DNA of 64,000 nucleotides. It comes from Burkholderiales bacterium. Its GTDB lineage: Bacteria; Pseudomonadota; Gammaproteobacteria; Burkholderiales; CAIKXV01. The notes under the pieces were generated by a model, which worked only from the letters and a program-made list of their open reading frames with translations, was not told where the DNA came from and made no database searches. Positions 47,811 through 56,518 of this stretch are shown here, piece after piece. A program made the position numbers and the translations under genes. Each line of letters starts with the position of its first letter. Position 1 is the stretch's first letter. The stretch lies in assembly GCA_044340265.1 (NCBI GenBank), contig JBIITW010000003.1, forward strand, positions 169 through 64,168. Direction: 5' to 3'.

Positions 47811-49139
47811 ATGACCAGCCATGCCATTGCCCTGCGCCAGCGTTGCCTGCTGGCACTCGCAGCCCTCGCACTGCTCGCCGGTTGCACCACGACGCCCACG
47901 CACCCGCCTGAAGCGCCGCCGCGCGCCGAAGCCTGCCCGGCCGGCGTGCCCGAAGGCGCGCGCTGCCTGCGCGGCCAGGATTCCGCCGATTCCCACTACC
48001 TGATCGTGATGCCGGAGAAATGGAGCGGCGTGCTGGTGGTGCATGCGCACGGCGGTCCGACCCTCGGGCCGCCGAGCCGCAAGCGCGCCGACGAGGACAT
48101 CGCGCGCTGGGCGATCACCGTGCGCGAAGGTCATGCATGGGCCGGCTCGGTGTTCCGCCAGGGCGGCTTCGCGGTCACCACGGCCGCCGAGGACACCGAG
48201 CGGGTGCGGCGCATCTTCGTCGAGCATGTCGCCCAGCCGCGGCGCACGCTGCTGCACGGCCAGTCGTGGGGCGCGATGGTGGCCACGCGCGCGGCGGAAC
48301 TGTTCCCGCGCTCGTGGGAGGGCATCCTGCTCACCAGCGGCGTGGTCGCAGGTCCGGCCACCTACGACTTCCGGCTCGACCTGCGCGCGATCTACCAGTA
48401 CCTGTGCAACAACCATCCGCGGCCGGACGAGCCACAGTACCCGCTGTCGATCGGACTGCCGGCCGGGGCGAAGATGACCGGTGCCGAAGTCGCGAAACGC
48501 GCCGACGAGTGCCTGGGCACCGGCCGCCCCGCAGCGAAGCGCACGACCGAGCAGGCGGCAAGGCTGCGCACGATCGTCGACGTGCTGAAGATCCCCGAGT
48601 CGTCGGTGGTCGGGCACCTGAACTGGGGCACGTTCACGCTGCGCGACGTGGTCGAGAAGAACGGCGGCGAGAGCCCGTTCGGCAACGACACGGTGCGCTA
48701 CGCGGGCTCGCAGGACGACGCCGCCCTCAATGCCGGCGTGCCGCGTTTCCGCGCCGATCCGGCGGCGCGCGCCCGCTTCGCCGCGGATGTCGACCACGCC
48801 GGTCGCTTCCGGGTGCCGGTGGTGAATGCACACGGCATCGGCGATGCAACGGTGTTCGTCGAGGGCACCGACACCCTGCGCCAGCGCATGGTGGCCGCCG
48901 GCAACGGCGATCGGCTGGTGCAGGTGTTCGTCGATTCGAGCGAGCACAGCTACTGGGGCGATGCGTTCTACCCGCCGCTGTTCGAAGCCGTGCTCGACTG
49001 GGTCGAGAAGGGCCGCAAGCCCACGCCGGCGGGCATCGCGGCGCGCTGCCGCGAGCTGCGCGCCGCACAGGCGGCCGAGTGCCGGTTCCTGCCCGACTAC
49101 AAGCCGCGGCCGCTGGCGACGCGCATCTACCCGAGGTAG
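47811..49139 (+). CDS. lipoprotein, alpha/beta-hydrolase-like
   Basis: Last 442 aa of ORF 46746..49139. Lipobox LALLAGC; LLHGQSWGAMVA is a GxSxG-like nucleophile elbow. Specific family not recognised. Confidence 0.7.
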   Translation: MTSHAIALRQRCLLALAALALLAGCTTTPTHPPEAPPRAEACPAGVPEGARCLRGQDSADSHYLIVMPEKWSGVLVVHAHGGPTLGPPSRKRADEDIARWAITVREGHAWAGSVFRQGGFAVTTAAEDTERVRRIFVEHVAQPRRTLLHGQSWGAMVATRAAELFPRSWEGILLTSGVVAGPATYDFRLDLRAIYQYLCNNHPRPDEPQYPLSIGLPAGAKMTGAEVAKRADECLGTGRPAAKRTTEQAARLRTIVDVLKIPESSVVGHLNWGTFTLRDVVEKNGGESPFGNDTVRYAGSQDDAALNAGVPRFRADPAARARFAADVDHAGRFRVPVVNAHGIGDATVFVEGTDTLRQRMVAAGNGDRLVQVFVDSSEHSYWGDAFYPPLFEAVLDWVEKGRKPTPAGIAARCRELRAAQAAECRFLPDYKPRPLATRIYPR

Positions 49140-49171
49140 CAGGCCGCCCCCCCGCGTCCGCCCGCGCCCGA

Positions 49172-49636
49172 TCACGCCCCGCCGTCGAACCCCTGCTGCC
49201 GCCAGGCCTCGAACACCACGGCCGCCACCGAGTTGCCGAGGTTCAGGCTGCGCGACGCAGGCCGCATCGGCAGGCGCAGGCGGGCCCCCGGCGCGAAGCC
49301 CTGCAGCACCGCGTCCGGCAGACCCCGGCTCTCGGCCCCGAACACGAAGGCATCGCCCGGGCGGAACGCGATGTCGCTGTAACGGGTCGCACCCCGGGTG
49401 GTCACGGCGAACAGGCGCGCGCCGGCCAGTGCCTCGACGCACGCCGCCCAGTCGGCATGCCGGCGGACGCTCGCATGCTCGTGGTAGTCCAGCCCCGCCC
49501 GCTTCAGCCCCTTGTCGGTCATCACGAACCCCATCGGCTCGACCAGGTGCAGCCGGCAGCCGGTGTTCGCCGCGAGGCGGATCACGTTGCCGGTGTTGGG
49601 CGCAATTTCGGGATGGACGAGCACGATATCGAACAT
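49172..49636 (-). CDS. trmL: tRNA (cytidine/uridine(34)-2'-O)-methyltransferase TrmL
   Basis: ORF 49172..49750, start at MFDIVLVHPEIAPNTGNVIRLAANTGCRLHLVEPMGF...SLNLGNSVAAVVFEAWRQ. Collinear with E. coli TrmL. Confidence 0.9.
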   Translation of the reverse strand: MFDIVLVHPEIAPNTGNVIRLAANTGCRLHLVEPMGFVMTDKGLKRAGLDYHEHASVRRHADWAACVEALAGARLFAVTTRGATRYSDIAFRPGDAFVFGAESRGLPDAVLQGFAPGARLRLPMRPASRSLNLGNSVAAVVFEAWRQQGFDGGA

Positions 49637-49827
49637 GGTCCGGATGGTACCGGCAGCGCGCCGATGCGCGGGTCCAGCGAGGGCAGGCACTACCGGAACC
49701 GCCGGCGGACCGCTAAAGTCGTCGCCGGCCCGGTCGTTATCGGGGTTCACCCTTCAACCCGGCGGGCCGCGCCCGCCACCGTCGTCGTCCCGGCCAGCGC
49801 CGAGGGCGCGGTTCCTGGAAATCGTAC

Positions 49828-51534
49828 ATGCCGCGTCCGGAAAAGGTCCGCCTCGGGGAAATCCTGGTCCAGCAGAAGCTGCTGACCGAGGACCAGCTGC
49901 TGACCGCGCTCGCGCAACAGAAGAAGACCGGGCGCCGGCTCGGGCGGGTTTTCGTCGAGGGCGGCTTCGTCACCGAGGACGAGATCGCCTCGGCCCTGGC
50001 GCGCCAGCTCAAGGTGCCCTACGTCAACCTGAAGGTGTTCGACACCCGCAGCGAGGTGGTCAACCTGCTGCCCGAGACGATCGCCCGCCGCTTCCGGGCG
50101 ATCGTGCTCGAGGACCTGGGCAGTGCGCTGCGCGTGGGCATGGCCGACCCGACCGACCTGAATGCGTATGACGAGATGACGCGGCTGCTGCGCCGGGACA
50201 TCTCGCTCGCGGTGGTCAGCGAAACCGTGCTGCTGCAGGTGATCGACCGGCTCTACCGGCGCACCCACGAGATCTCCGGCCTCGCGCAGGAGCTGCAGAA
50301 CGAGCTCGCCGGTTCACCGGCGGTCGATTTCGGCACGCTGGGCACCACGCTGTCGGTCGAGGAAGCCCCGGTCGCCAAGCTGCTGCAGTCGGTGTTCGAG
50401 GACGCGGTGTCGGTGCGTGCCTCGGACATCCACATCGAGCCGATGGAATCGCGCCTGCAGATCCGCTTCAGGATCGACGGCGTGCTGCACCTGCAGACCG
50501 AATCGGACCTGCGCATCGCCTCGGCGCTGGTGCTGCGCCTGAAGCTGATGGCCGGCCTGGACATCTCGGAAAAGCGCCTGCCCCAGGACGGCCGCTTCAA
50601 CGTGAGGGTGCGCAACTACAGCGTCGACGTACGGATGTCGTCGATGCCGACCCAGCACGGCGAATCGATGGTGATGCGCCTGCTGACCCAGGCGAGCGGC
50701 CTGCTCGGGCTCGACCATATCGGCATGCCCCCGGACATGCTGGCCAAGCTGAAGCATGTGCTGCACCGGCCGAGCGGGATGGTGCTGGTCACCGGCCCCA
50801 CCGGCAGCGGCAAGACCACGACGCTCTACTCCGCGCTGTCCGAGATCAACACCCCGGCGCGCAAGATCATCACGGTGGAGGATCCGGTCGAATACCGCAT
50901 CCCGGGGATCAACCAGGTGCAGGTGCAGGACAAGATCGACCTGTCGTTCGACCGCGTGCTGCGCGCCGCCCTGCGCCAGGATCCCGACGTGATCCTGGTC
51001 GGCGAGATGCGCGACCAGGCAACGGTCGAGACCGGGCTGCGCGCGGCGCTGACCGGCCATCTGGTGTTCTCGACCCTGCATACCAACGATGCCGTCTCGA
51101 CACCGATCCGCCTGCTCGACATGGGCGCGCCCCGCTACATGGTGGCACTGTCGCTGCAGCTGGTCATCGCACAGCGGCTGGTGCGGGTGATCTGCGAGAG
51201 CTGTGCAGCACCCTGCGATCCGACGCCGGCGGAACGCGAATGGCTCGCGCTGTCGCTCGGGGATGCCGCGGAAGGCGGCACCTACCACCGCGGACGCGGC
51301 TGCTCGCACTGCAACGGCACCGGCTTCTTCGGCCGATCCGGCGTCTACGAGATGCTCGAGATGACGCGCCCGGTGGTCGAGGCGGCCAACCATGCCGACC
51401 CGGCGACCTTCGTGCGCGTGGGCACCGAGCAGATGGGCGGACGCACGCTGCGCCACCACGCAGCGATGCTGGTCGCCGCCGGCCGCACGACGGTCGACGA
51501 GGCGATGCGCGTGTCCTCGCAGTGGACCGACTGA
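49828..51534 (+). CDS. mshE: MSHA-type type IV pilus assembly ATPase with an N-terminal MshEN c-di-GMP-binding domain
   Basis: ORF 49828..51534. Tandem motifs RLGEILVQQKLLTEDQLLTALAQQ-KKTGR-RLGRVFVEGGFVTEDEIASALARQ. Walker A is GPTGSGKTT; GspE signatures and a tetra-Cys CESC...CSHC are present. Confidence 0.9.
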   Translation: MPRPEKVRLGEILVQQKLLTEDQLLTALAQQKKTGRRLGRVFVEGGFVTEDEIASALARQLKVPYVNLKVFDTRSEVVNLLPETIARRFRAIVLEDLGSALRVGMADPTDLNAYDEMTRLLRRDISLAVVSETVLLQVIDRLYRRTHEISGLAQELQNELAGSPAVDFGTLGTTLSVEEAPVAKLLQSVFEDAVSVRASDIHIEPMESRLQIRFRIDGVLHLQTESDLRIASALVLRLKLMAGLDISEKRLPQDGRFNVRVRNYSVDVRMSSMPTQHGESMVMRLLTQASGLLGLDHIGMPPDMLAKLKHVLHRPSGMVLVTGPTGSGKTTTLYSALSEINTPARKIITVEDPVEYRIPGINQVQVQDKIDLSFDRVLRAALRQDPDVILVGEMRDQATVETGLRAALTGHLVFSTLHTNDAVSTPIRLLDMGAPRYMVALSLQLVIAQRLVRVICESCAAPCDPTPAEREWLALSLGDAAEGGTYHRGRGCSHCNGTGFFGRSGVYEMLEMTRPVVEAANHADPATFVRVGTEQMGGRTLRHHAAMLVAAGRTTVDEAMRVSSQWTD

Positions 51535-51547
51535 GGGCCGGCCCCGG

Positions 51548-52810
51548 GTGCCCTACTTCACCTATACCGGACGTTCCGCCAGCGGCGACCTCGTGAAAGG
51601 CGTCGGCGAAGGTGCGAGCAGCAATGCGGTGGCCGACCAGCTGTCGGCAGCCGGCATCATCCCGCTCGACATCACGCCCTCGAACGCACCGAGCAGCGAG
51701 GCCGGTGGCGGCGATCCGTCATCGTCGGCCGGAGCGCTGTCCTCCCTGCTGCCCGGCCGCCGGGTGCCGCACGAGGAAGTACTGCTGTTCTGCCGGCAGC
51801 TGCATACCCTGCTCAAGTCGGGCGTGCCGATCCTGCGCGGGCTGGCCGGCCTGCAGGAATCGACGCGCAATCCGGCCTTCGCCGCGGTGCTGCGCGACCT
51901 GCGCGAAAGCCTGGAGAGCGGGCGCGAGCTGTCTTCCTCGATGCAGCGGCATCCGCGCGTGTTCAACCCGTTCTTCATCGCGATGGTGCGCGTGGGCGAG
52001 ACCACCGGCCAGCTCGAGGACGTGTTCCTGCGCATGTTCCGCCACCTCGAATTCGAACGCGAGATCCGCGGCCAGGTGGCCACTGCGCTGCGCTACCCGG
52101 TGATCGTGATGGTGTTCATCGGCGCGGCCATCGGCATCGTGAACCTGTTCGTGATCCCACAGTTCGCGAAGGTGTATGCAAACTTCAACACGGAACTGCC
52201 GCTGCTGACCCGGGTGCTGATCGGCTTTTCCAACTTCACCGTGTCCTACTGGTGGCTGATGCTCGCCCTGCTGGCAGCCGCCGTGTTCGGCACCCGCTGG
52301 TGGCTGTCCACGCCGGACGGACGCATCCGCTGGGACGAATGGAAGCTGCGCATCCCGATCGCCGGCAAGATCATCCTGAAGGCGACCCTGGCGCGGTTCG
52401 CGCGCAGCTTCGCCCTGTCCGGGCAGAGCGGCGTGCAGGTCACGCTCGGGCTGCGAACCGTCGCCCCCACGGTCGACAACAAGTACATCGAATCCAAGAT
52501 CGAGCAGATGCGCATCGGCGTGGAACGCGGCGAAAGCGTGCTGCGTACCGCCAGCGCAGCGGGCGTGTTCACACCGGTCGTGCTGCAGATGATCGCGGTG
52601 GGCGAGGAATCGGGCGCGATCGACGAACTGATGGAGGAGATCGGCGGCCTCTACCAGCGCGAAGTCGAGTACGAGCTGAAGACTCTGGGCTCGCAGGTCG
52701 AGCCGATCCTGATCGTCGCCCTCGGCGCGCTGGTACTGATCCTCGCGCTGGGCGTGTTCCTGCCGATCTGGGACCTGGGGCGCGCGGCGCTGGGCAAGAG
52801 CGGCGGCTGA
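51548..52810 (+). CDS. mshG: type II/IV secretion platform protein (GspF/PilC family, MshG-like)
   Basis: In ORF 51392..52810, with a GTG at 51548. Two GspF repeats (LLFCRQLHTLLKSGVPILRGL...; LARFARSFALSGQSGVQVTLGL...) and three TM segments. Lies immediately after mshE. Confidence 0.85.
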   Translation: MPYFTYTGRSASGDLVKGVGEGASSNAVADQLSAAGIIPLDITPSNAPSSEAGGGDPSSSAGALSSLLPGRRVPHEEVLLFCRQLHTLLKSGVPILRGLAGLQESTRNPAFAAVLRDLRESLESGRELSSSMQRHPRVFNPFFIAMVRVGETTGQLEDVFLRMFRHLEFEREIRGQVATALRYPVIVMVFIGAAIGIVNLFVIPQFAKVYANFNTELPLLTRVLIGFSNFTVSYWWLMLALLAAAVFGTRWWLSTPDGRIRWDEWKLRIPIAGKIILKATLARFARSFALSGQSGVQVTLGLRTVAPTVDNKYIESKIEQMRIGVERGESVLRTASAAGVFTPVVLQMIAVGEESGAIDELMEEIGGLYQREVEYELKTLGSQVEPILIVALGALVLILALGVFLPIWDLGRAALGKSGG

Positions 52811-53004
52811 CCGGCGGCGGCTGACCGGCGGCGGCTGGACGACGACCTCGGCCCGGCACGGACCGGGCGCGCGTTAGTCCGAAAGCACTACGGGCGTCCC
52901 TGCCGCCCCTTGAACCCCGGCCCGTCCTGCGGCACCGTGTCAGCGTGCCCCGATGGGCATGCGCGGCCGAAGGGCCGCGGCGACCGACGACCGGAGGGGC
53001 TGGC

Positions 53005-53496
53005 GTGCAACGCGCAGGACGGAAGCATCGGGGGTTCACCCTGATCGAACTCATCATGGTGCTGACCATCGTCAGCGTGCTGGCTGCGGTCGCACTGCCG
53101 CGGTTCGCGTCGATCTCCGCGGATGCCCGCATCGACAAGATGCGCGCGGCCGCCGGGGCGACCCGCTCGGCCGCGGTGATGGGCCGTGCACTGATGCTGG
53201 CGCGTGGCTACCCGGACAACTTCACCGGCGTGGCCGCATCGCCGGCGCTGGTGGTCGAGGGCATGCTGCTGTCGTTCGTCAACGGCTATCCGTCGGCCGA
53301 AGTCATCGCCGAACTGGCCGGCCTGGCCTCGCCGATGCCCGGTGGCAGCGGCTACACCGTCCAGGCGGCCATGGGTGGCGCACGTACCGTCCAGGCCGAC
53401 CCGCAGCGTCCCGGTTGCGCCTTCGCCTATGTCGAGGCCGCACCAGGAACGGCTCCCGGGATACAGGTCACCGCCTCGGTCTCGACCTGCGAATGA
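53005..53496 (+). CDS. type IV pilin-like protein (MshB-position minor pilin)
   Basis: In ORF 52945..53496. A GTG at 53005 follows GGAGGGG. Prepilin leader ...KHRG/FTLIELIMVLTIVSVLAAVALP. Confidence 0.8.
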   Translation: MQRAGRKHRGFTLIELIMVLTIVSVLAAVALPRFASISADARIDKMRAAAGATRSAAVMGRALMLARGYPDNFTGVAASPALVVEGMLLSFVNGYPSAEVIAELAGLASPMPGGSGYTVQAAMGGARTVQADPQRPGCAFAYVEAAPGTAPGIQVTASVSTCE

Positions 53497-53651
53497 CCGG
53501 CAACCGGGGCCGGGATGCCGGTGTTGCACCCGGTCGTCCAGCAGAAATTGATTTCCCGCGGGACTAAAGTCCTGCAGCCTGCGCGCCGTTAGAACGGGCA
53601 TCCGGGACTTCCTCAGTCCCGCTACCCCATTCGAGACGACCGGAGTCTGCA

Positions 53652-54113
53652 ATGCGTTCCAATCAGGGCGGTTTCACGTTGGTCGAGCTGGTGGTCGTTA
53701 TCGTCATCCTCGGCATCCTGGCAGCCACGGCCTTCCCGCGCTTCATCAACCTGACCTCGGACGCCCGCTCGGCCGCAGCAGCCGGCATGGCCGGTGGCCT
53801 GCGCTCGGCGGTGACGCTGGTCCAGGCGCGATACCAGGCGACCGGCAACTTCACCACCACCACCGTCACCATGGCCGACGGCACCACGGTCGCGGTCAAC
53901 ACGGGCGCCACCGGCGGATTCCCGACCGCGGCGCTGGCCGGCATCGGCAACGCCATGCGCTGTGAATCGGGCAGCGCCTGCAACGGATTCGGCTGGGCAG
54001 TGGCCACCGGCGTGGCGACGTTCACCCAGGTCGGCGCACCCACGGCATGCAACGTGACGTACGATGCGGCCACCGGTGTCGTGACTAACAACGCCACGAC
54101 GGCGAACTGCTGA
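53652..54113 (+). CDS. type IV pilin (MshA-position, probable major subunit)
   Basis: ORF 53652..54113. Short leader [31 protein letters not shown]. Four Cys in the C-terminal half. Confidence 0.85.
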   Translation: MRSNQGGFTLVELVVVIVILGILAATAFPRFINLTSDARSAAAAGMAGGLRSAVTLVQARYQATGNFTTTTVTMADGTTVAVNTGATGGFPTAALAGIGNAMRCESGSACNGFGWAVATGVATFTQVGAPTACNVTYDAATGVVTNNATTANC

Positions 54114-54141
54114 CCGGGTTGAACGCGAGAATGACCAGGGC

Positions 54142-54657
54142 GTGCGGCTCCGATTTCCACCACCTTCCTCCCGAGGCAGACGGCGGCTGACCGCGCCGGG
54201 CTTCACCACGGTCGAACTGGTCGTGGTGATCGTCCTGCTGGCGGTGCTGTCCGCGGTGGCGGTGCCGCGCCTGGCCGGACGCAGCGCCTTCGAAGCGCGC
54301 GCGTTCGCAGACGAAGTCGCCTCCGCGGTACGCTATGCACAACGCACGGCGATCGCGATGCGGCGCACCGTGACCATCGTCGTCACCACGCCGGGCCGGA
54401 CGAATCCCTGCGCGCTGCAGTTGTGCCTCACGCCCGACTGCAGCCAGCAGGTGGTCAATCCGGCTACCAGCCAGTCGTTCTGCCTCGCACCGCCGCCGGC
54501 CGTGTCGCTTGCCGCGGACGGGGCGACGCGCACCGGGCTGCAGTTCGATGCCAGCGGCCGGCCGAGCGGCGTACAGACCTACACCGTGTCGAGCACCGGA
54601 GCCGGCGTGGACGCCCGCACCCTCACCGTCGAGGCGGAGACCGGCCATGTGCGCTGA
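54142..54657 (+). CDS. GspH/FimT-family pseudopilin (MshC position)
   Basis: ORF 54142..54657 (GTG): ...[29 protein letters not shown], followed by a GspH-like ADEVASAVRYAQRTAI. Confidence 0.75.
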   Translation: MRLRFPPPSSRGRRRLTAPGFTTVELVVVIVLLAVLSAVAVPRLAGRSAFEARAFADEVASAVRYAQRTAIAMRRTVTIVVTTPGRTNPCALQLCLTPDCSQQVVNPATSQSFCLAPPPAVSLAADGATRTGLQFDASGRPSGVQTYTVSSTGAGVDARTLTVEAETGHVR

Positions 54658-55204
54658 CCGCCGCCAGCGGGGCGCCTCGCTGATCGAGGTGATCGTGTTC
54701 ATCGTGATCATGTCGGTCGCCGCCGGTGCGGTGCTCGGTTCGCTGCAATGGTCGGTCCGCGCAAGCCCGGACCCGATGATCCGCAAGCAGCTGCTGGCGA
54801 TCGCCGAGTCGATGCTGGAAGAAGTGCTGCTGCAGCCCCACACCTGGTGCGACCCGACCGACGCGAACCTGGCCACGGCGACCGCGGCAAGCGGCTGTGC
54901 GACCCTTGCCGAAGCGCCCGGCCCCGAGCCTGGCGAAGATCGCTTCAGCACGCGCACGCCGTTCAACAACGTGAACGACTACCACGGGTTCAGGATGTCC
55001 GGCATCCGCAACGTTCGCGACGAGGCGGTAGCCGGCCTGGAGGACTACACGCTGGTGGTCCGGGTGGCGGACGCCAGGCTCGCCGCCGCTTCGGGTGAAG
55101 GCGCCGACGCCTTGCGCGTGCAGGTGACTGTCTCGGGTCCGGCGAATTCGGAGCTCGTGCTCGAAGGCTATCGCACGCGCCATGCGCCCAATGCCGCCCA
55201 CTGA
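54647..55204 (+). CDS. pseudopilin-like protein (MshD position)
   Basis: In ORF 54509..55204. The ATG at 54647 overlaps the upstream gene by 11 nt. N-terminus is RQRG/ASLIEVIVFIVIMSVAAGAVL. Confidence 0.7.
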   Translation: MCADRRQRGASLIEVIVFIVIMSVAAGAVLGSLQWSVRASPDPMIRKQLLAIAESMLEEVLLQPHTWCDPTDANLATATAASGCATLAEAPGPEPGEDRFSTRTPFNNVNDYHGFRMSGIRNVRDEAVAGLEDYTLVVRVADARLAAASGEGADALRVQVTVSGPANSELVLEGYRTRHAPNAAH

Positions 55205-56072
55205 AGCCATGGCGGCGCCCATCCGCAGCCAGGGCTTCACCCTGGTCGAGCTGGTGGTGGCGATCGTCCTCCTGGGCATCGTCGCGCTGATGGTGACCAC
55301 CTTCGCCACCGGGGCGATGCAATCCTATCTCGACGCCGAGCGCAGGGCCGAGCTGGTCGACGGCACCGAGACCGCGATGCGCAGGCTGCAGCGCGACGTG
55401 CGGCTGTCACTGCCGAACAGCGTACGCGTGGCCGACGACGGCAGCACCGTCTACCTCGAATTCCTGCCGGTGGTCGCCGGCGGCCGCTACCGTGCCGAAC
55501 TGGCGGGCAGGACGCCCGCAGGCGGCTGCGGCGTGGGCAGCAACGATCCGCTGATGTTCGGCGCAGTGGATGCGTCCTTCTCCACGCTGGGGCCGGTCCC
55601 CGACCTGCCGGCCGACGCGGGCACGCACTATGTCGTGGTCTACAACCTCGGTGCAGGCTTCAGCAACGCAGACGCCTATGCCAGCGGCGCATCGACCGGC
55701 GGCAACAAGGCCCGCCACTCGAAGAGCGCGACCGGCCCGTGCGAGAGCGTGCTCGCCTTCGAGCGGCATGTCTTCACCCTCGCATCGCCATCGAACCGGT
55801 TCCACCTGGTCGGCCGCCCGATCACGTACGCCTGCGACCTGCGCCGCGGCCAGCTGCTTCGCTACGCCGGCTACGACATCGAGGCAGTGCAGCCGATGCC
55901 GCCCAGGGGCACGCCCGCGCTGGTGCTCGACGGCATCAGCGGATGCACCATTGCCTACGATCCGGATGCGGTGTCGCAGCGCATCGGCGTGGTGTCCATC
56001 ACCCTCGAACGCAGCGCCGGCGGCGAGGCGGTCCGGCTGTACCAGGATGTCCGCGTGGACAATGCGCCATGA
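55182..56072 (+). CDS. pseudopilin-like protein (MshO position)
   Basis: ORF 55182..56072: ...[26 protein letters not shown] start at 55209 (MAAPIRSQG) would give a typical short leader. Confidence 0.75.
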   Translation: MRPMPPTEAMAAPIRSQGFTLVELVVAIVLLGIVALMVTTFATGAMQSYLDAERRAELVDGTETAMRRLQRDVRLSLPNSVRVADDGSTVYLEFLPVVAGGRYRAELAGRTPAGGCGVGSNDPLMFGAVDASFSTLGPVPDLPADAGTHYVVVYNLGAGFSNADAYASGASTGGNKARHSKSATGPCESVLAFERHVFTLASPSNRFHLVGRPITYACDLRRGQLLRYAGYDIEAVQPMPPRGTPALVLDGISGCTIAYDPDAVSQRIGVVSITLERSAGGEAVRLYQDVRVDNAP

Positions 56073-56518
56073 AGACGCCGCCTGCCCGCGCCGGCCGCGC
56101 ACGCGAACAGGGCTTCGCGATCGTCGGCGCGTTCTTCCTGGTGGTGATCCTGGGCGCGCTCGGCCTCTACCTGGCGCGCATCACCGCGCAGAACCAGGCC
56201 GGGTCCGCACTCGACATCCAGGGCGCACGTGCCTACCAGGCGGCGAACGCGGGCATCGAATGGGCGGCGGCCCGGTTGCTGCTCGAGCCAGTGGCACCGG
56301 CCTGCTTCCGCGACACCACCCTGTCCTTTGCCGATTCCGTGCTGGAACCGTTCACCGTGTCCATCAGTTGCTCGGCGACCGTGCAGGCCGAAGGCGGCGT
56401 CGATGTGTCGAGCTACCGCATCGTCGCCAATGCCTGCAACCAGCCTGCCTGTCCGTCCGCACGGCCCGCCGCGGGCTATGTCGAGCGGCAGGTGGAAGCG
56501 ACCATGGGGCGGCCATGA
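56069..56518 (+). CDS. MshP-position pilus biogenesis protein
   Basis: In ORF 55739..56518. The ATG at 56069 overlaps the upstream stop (ATGA). N-terminus REQG/FAIVGAFFLVVILGALGLYL has no Glu5. Confidence 0.65.
   Translation: MKTPPARAGRAREQGFAIVGAFFLVVILGALGLYLARITAQNQAGSALDIQGARAYQAANAGIEWAAARLLLEPVAPACFRDTTLSFADSVLEPFTVSISCSATVQAEGGVDVSSYRIVANACNQPACPSARPAAGYVERQVEATMGRP

Noticed and set aside
53497-53651. A possible c-di-GMP riboswitch (GEMM) in the leader of the major pilin gene
   Set aside because: I could not find the conserved GEMM-I/II sequence features by eye. c-di-GMP input is already explained by the MshEN domain of the ATPase.
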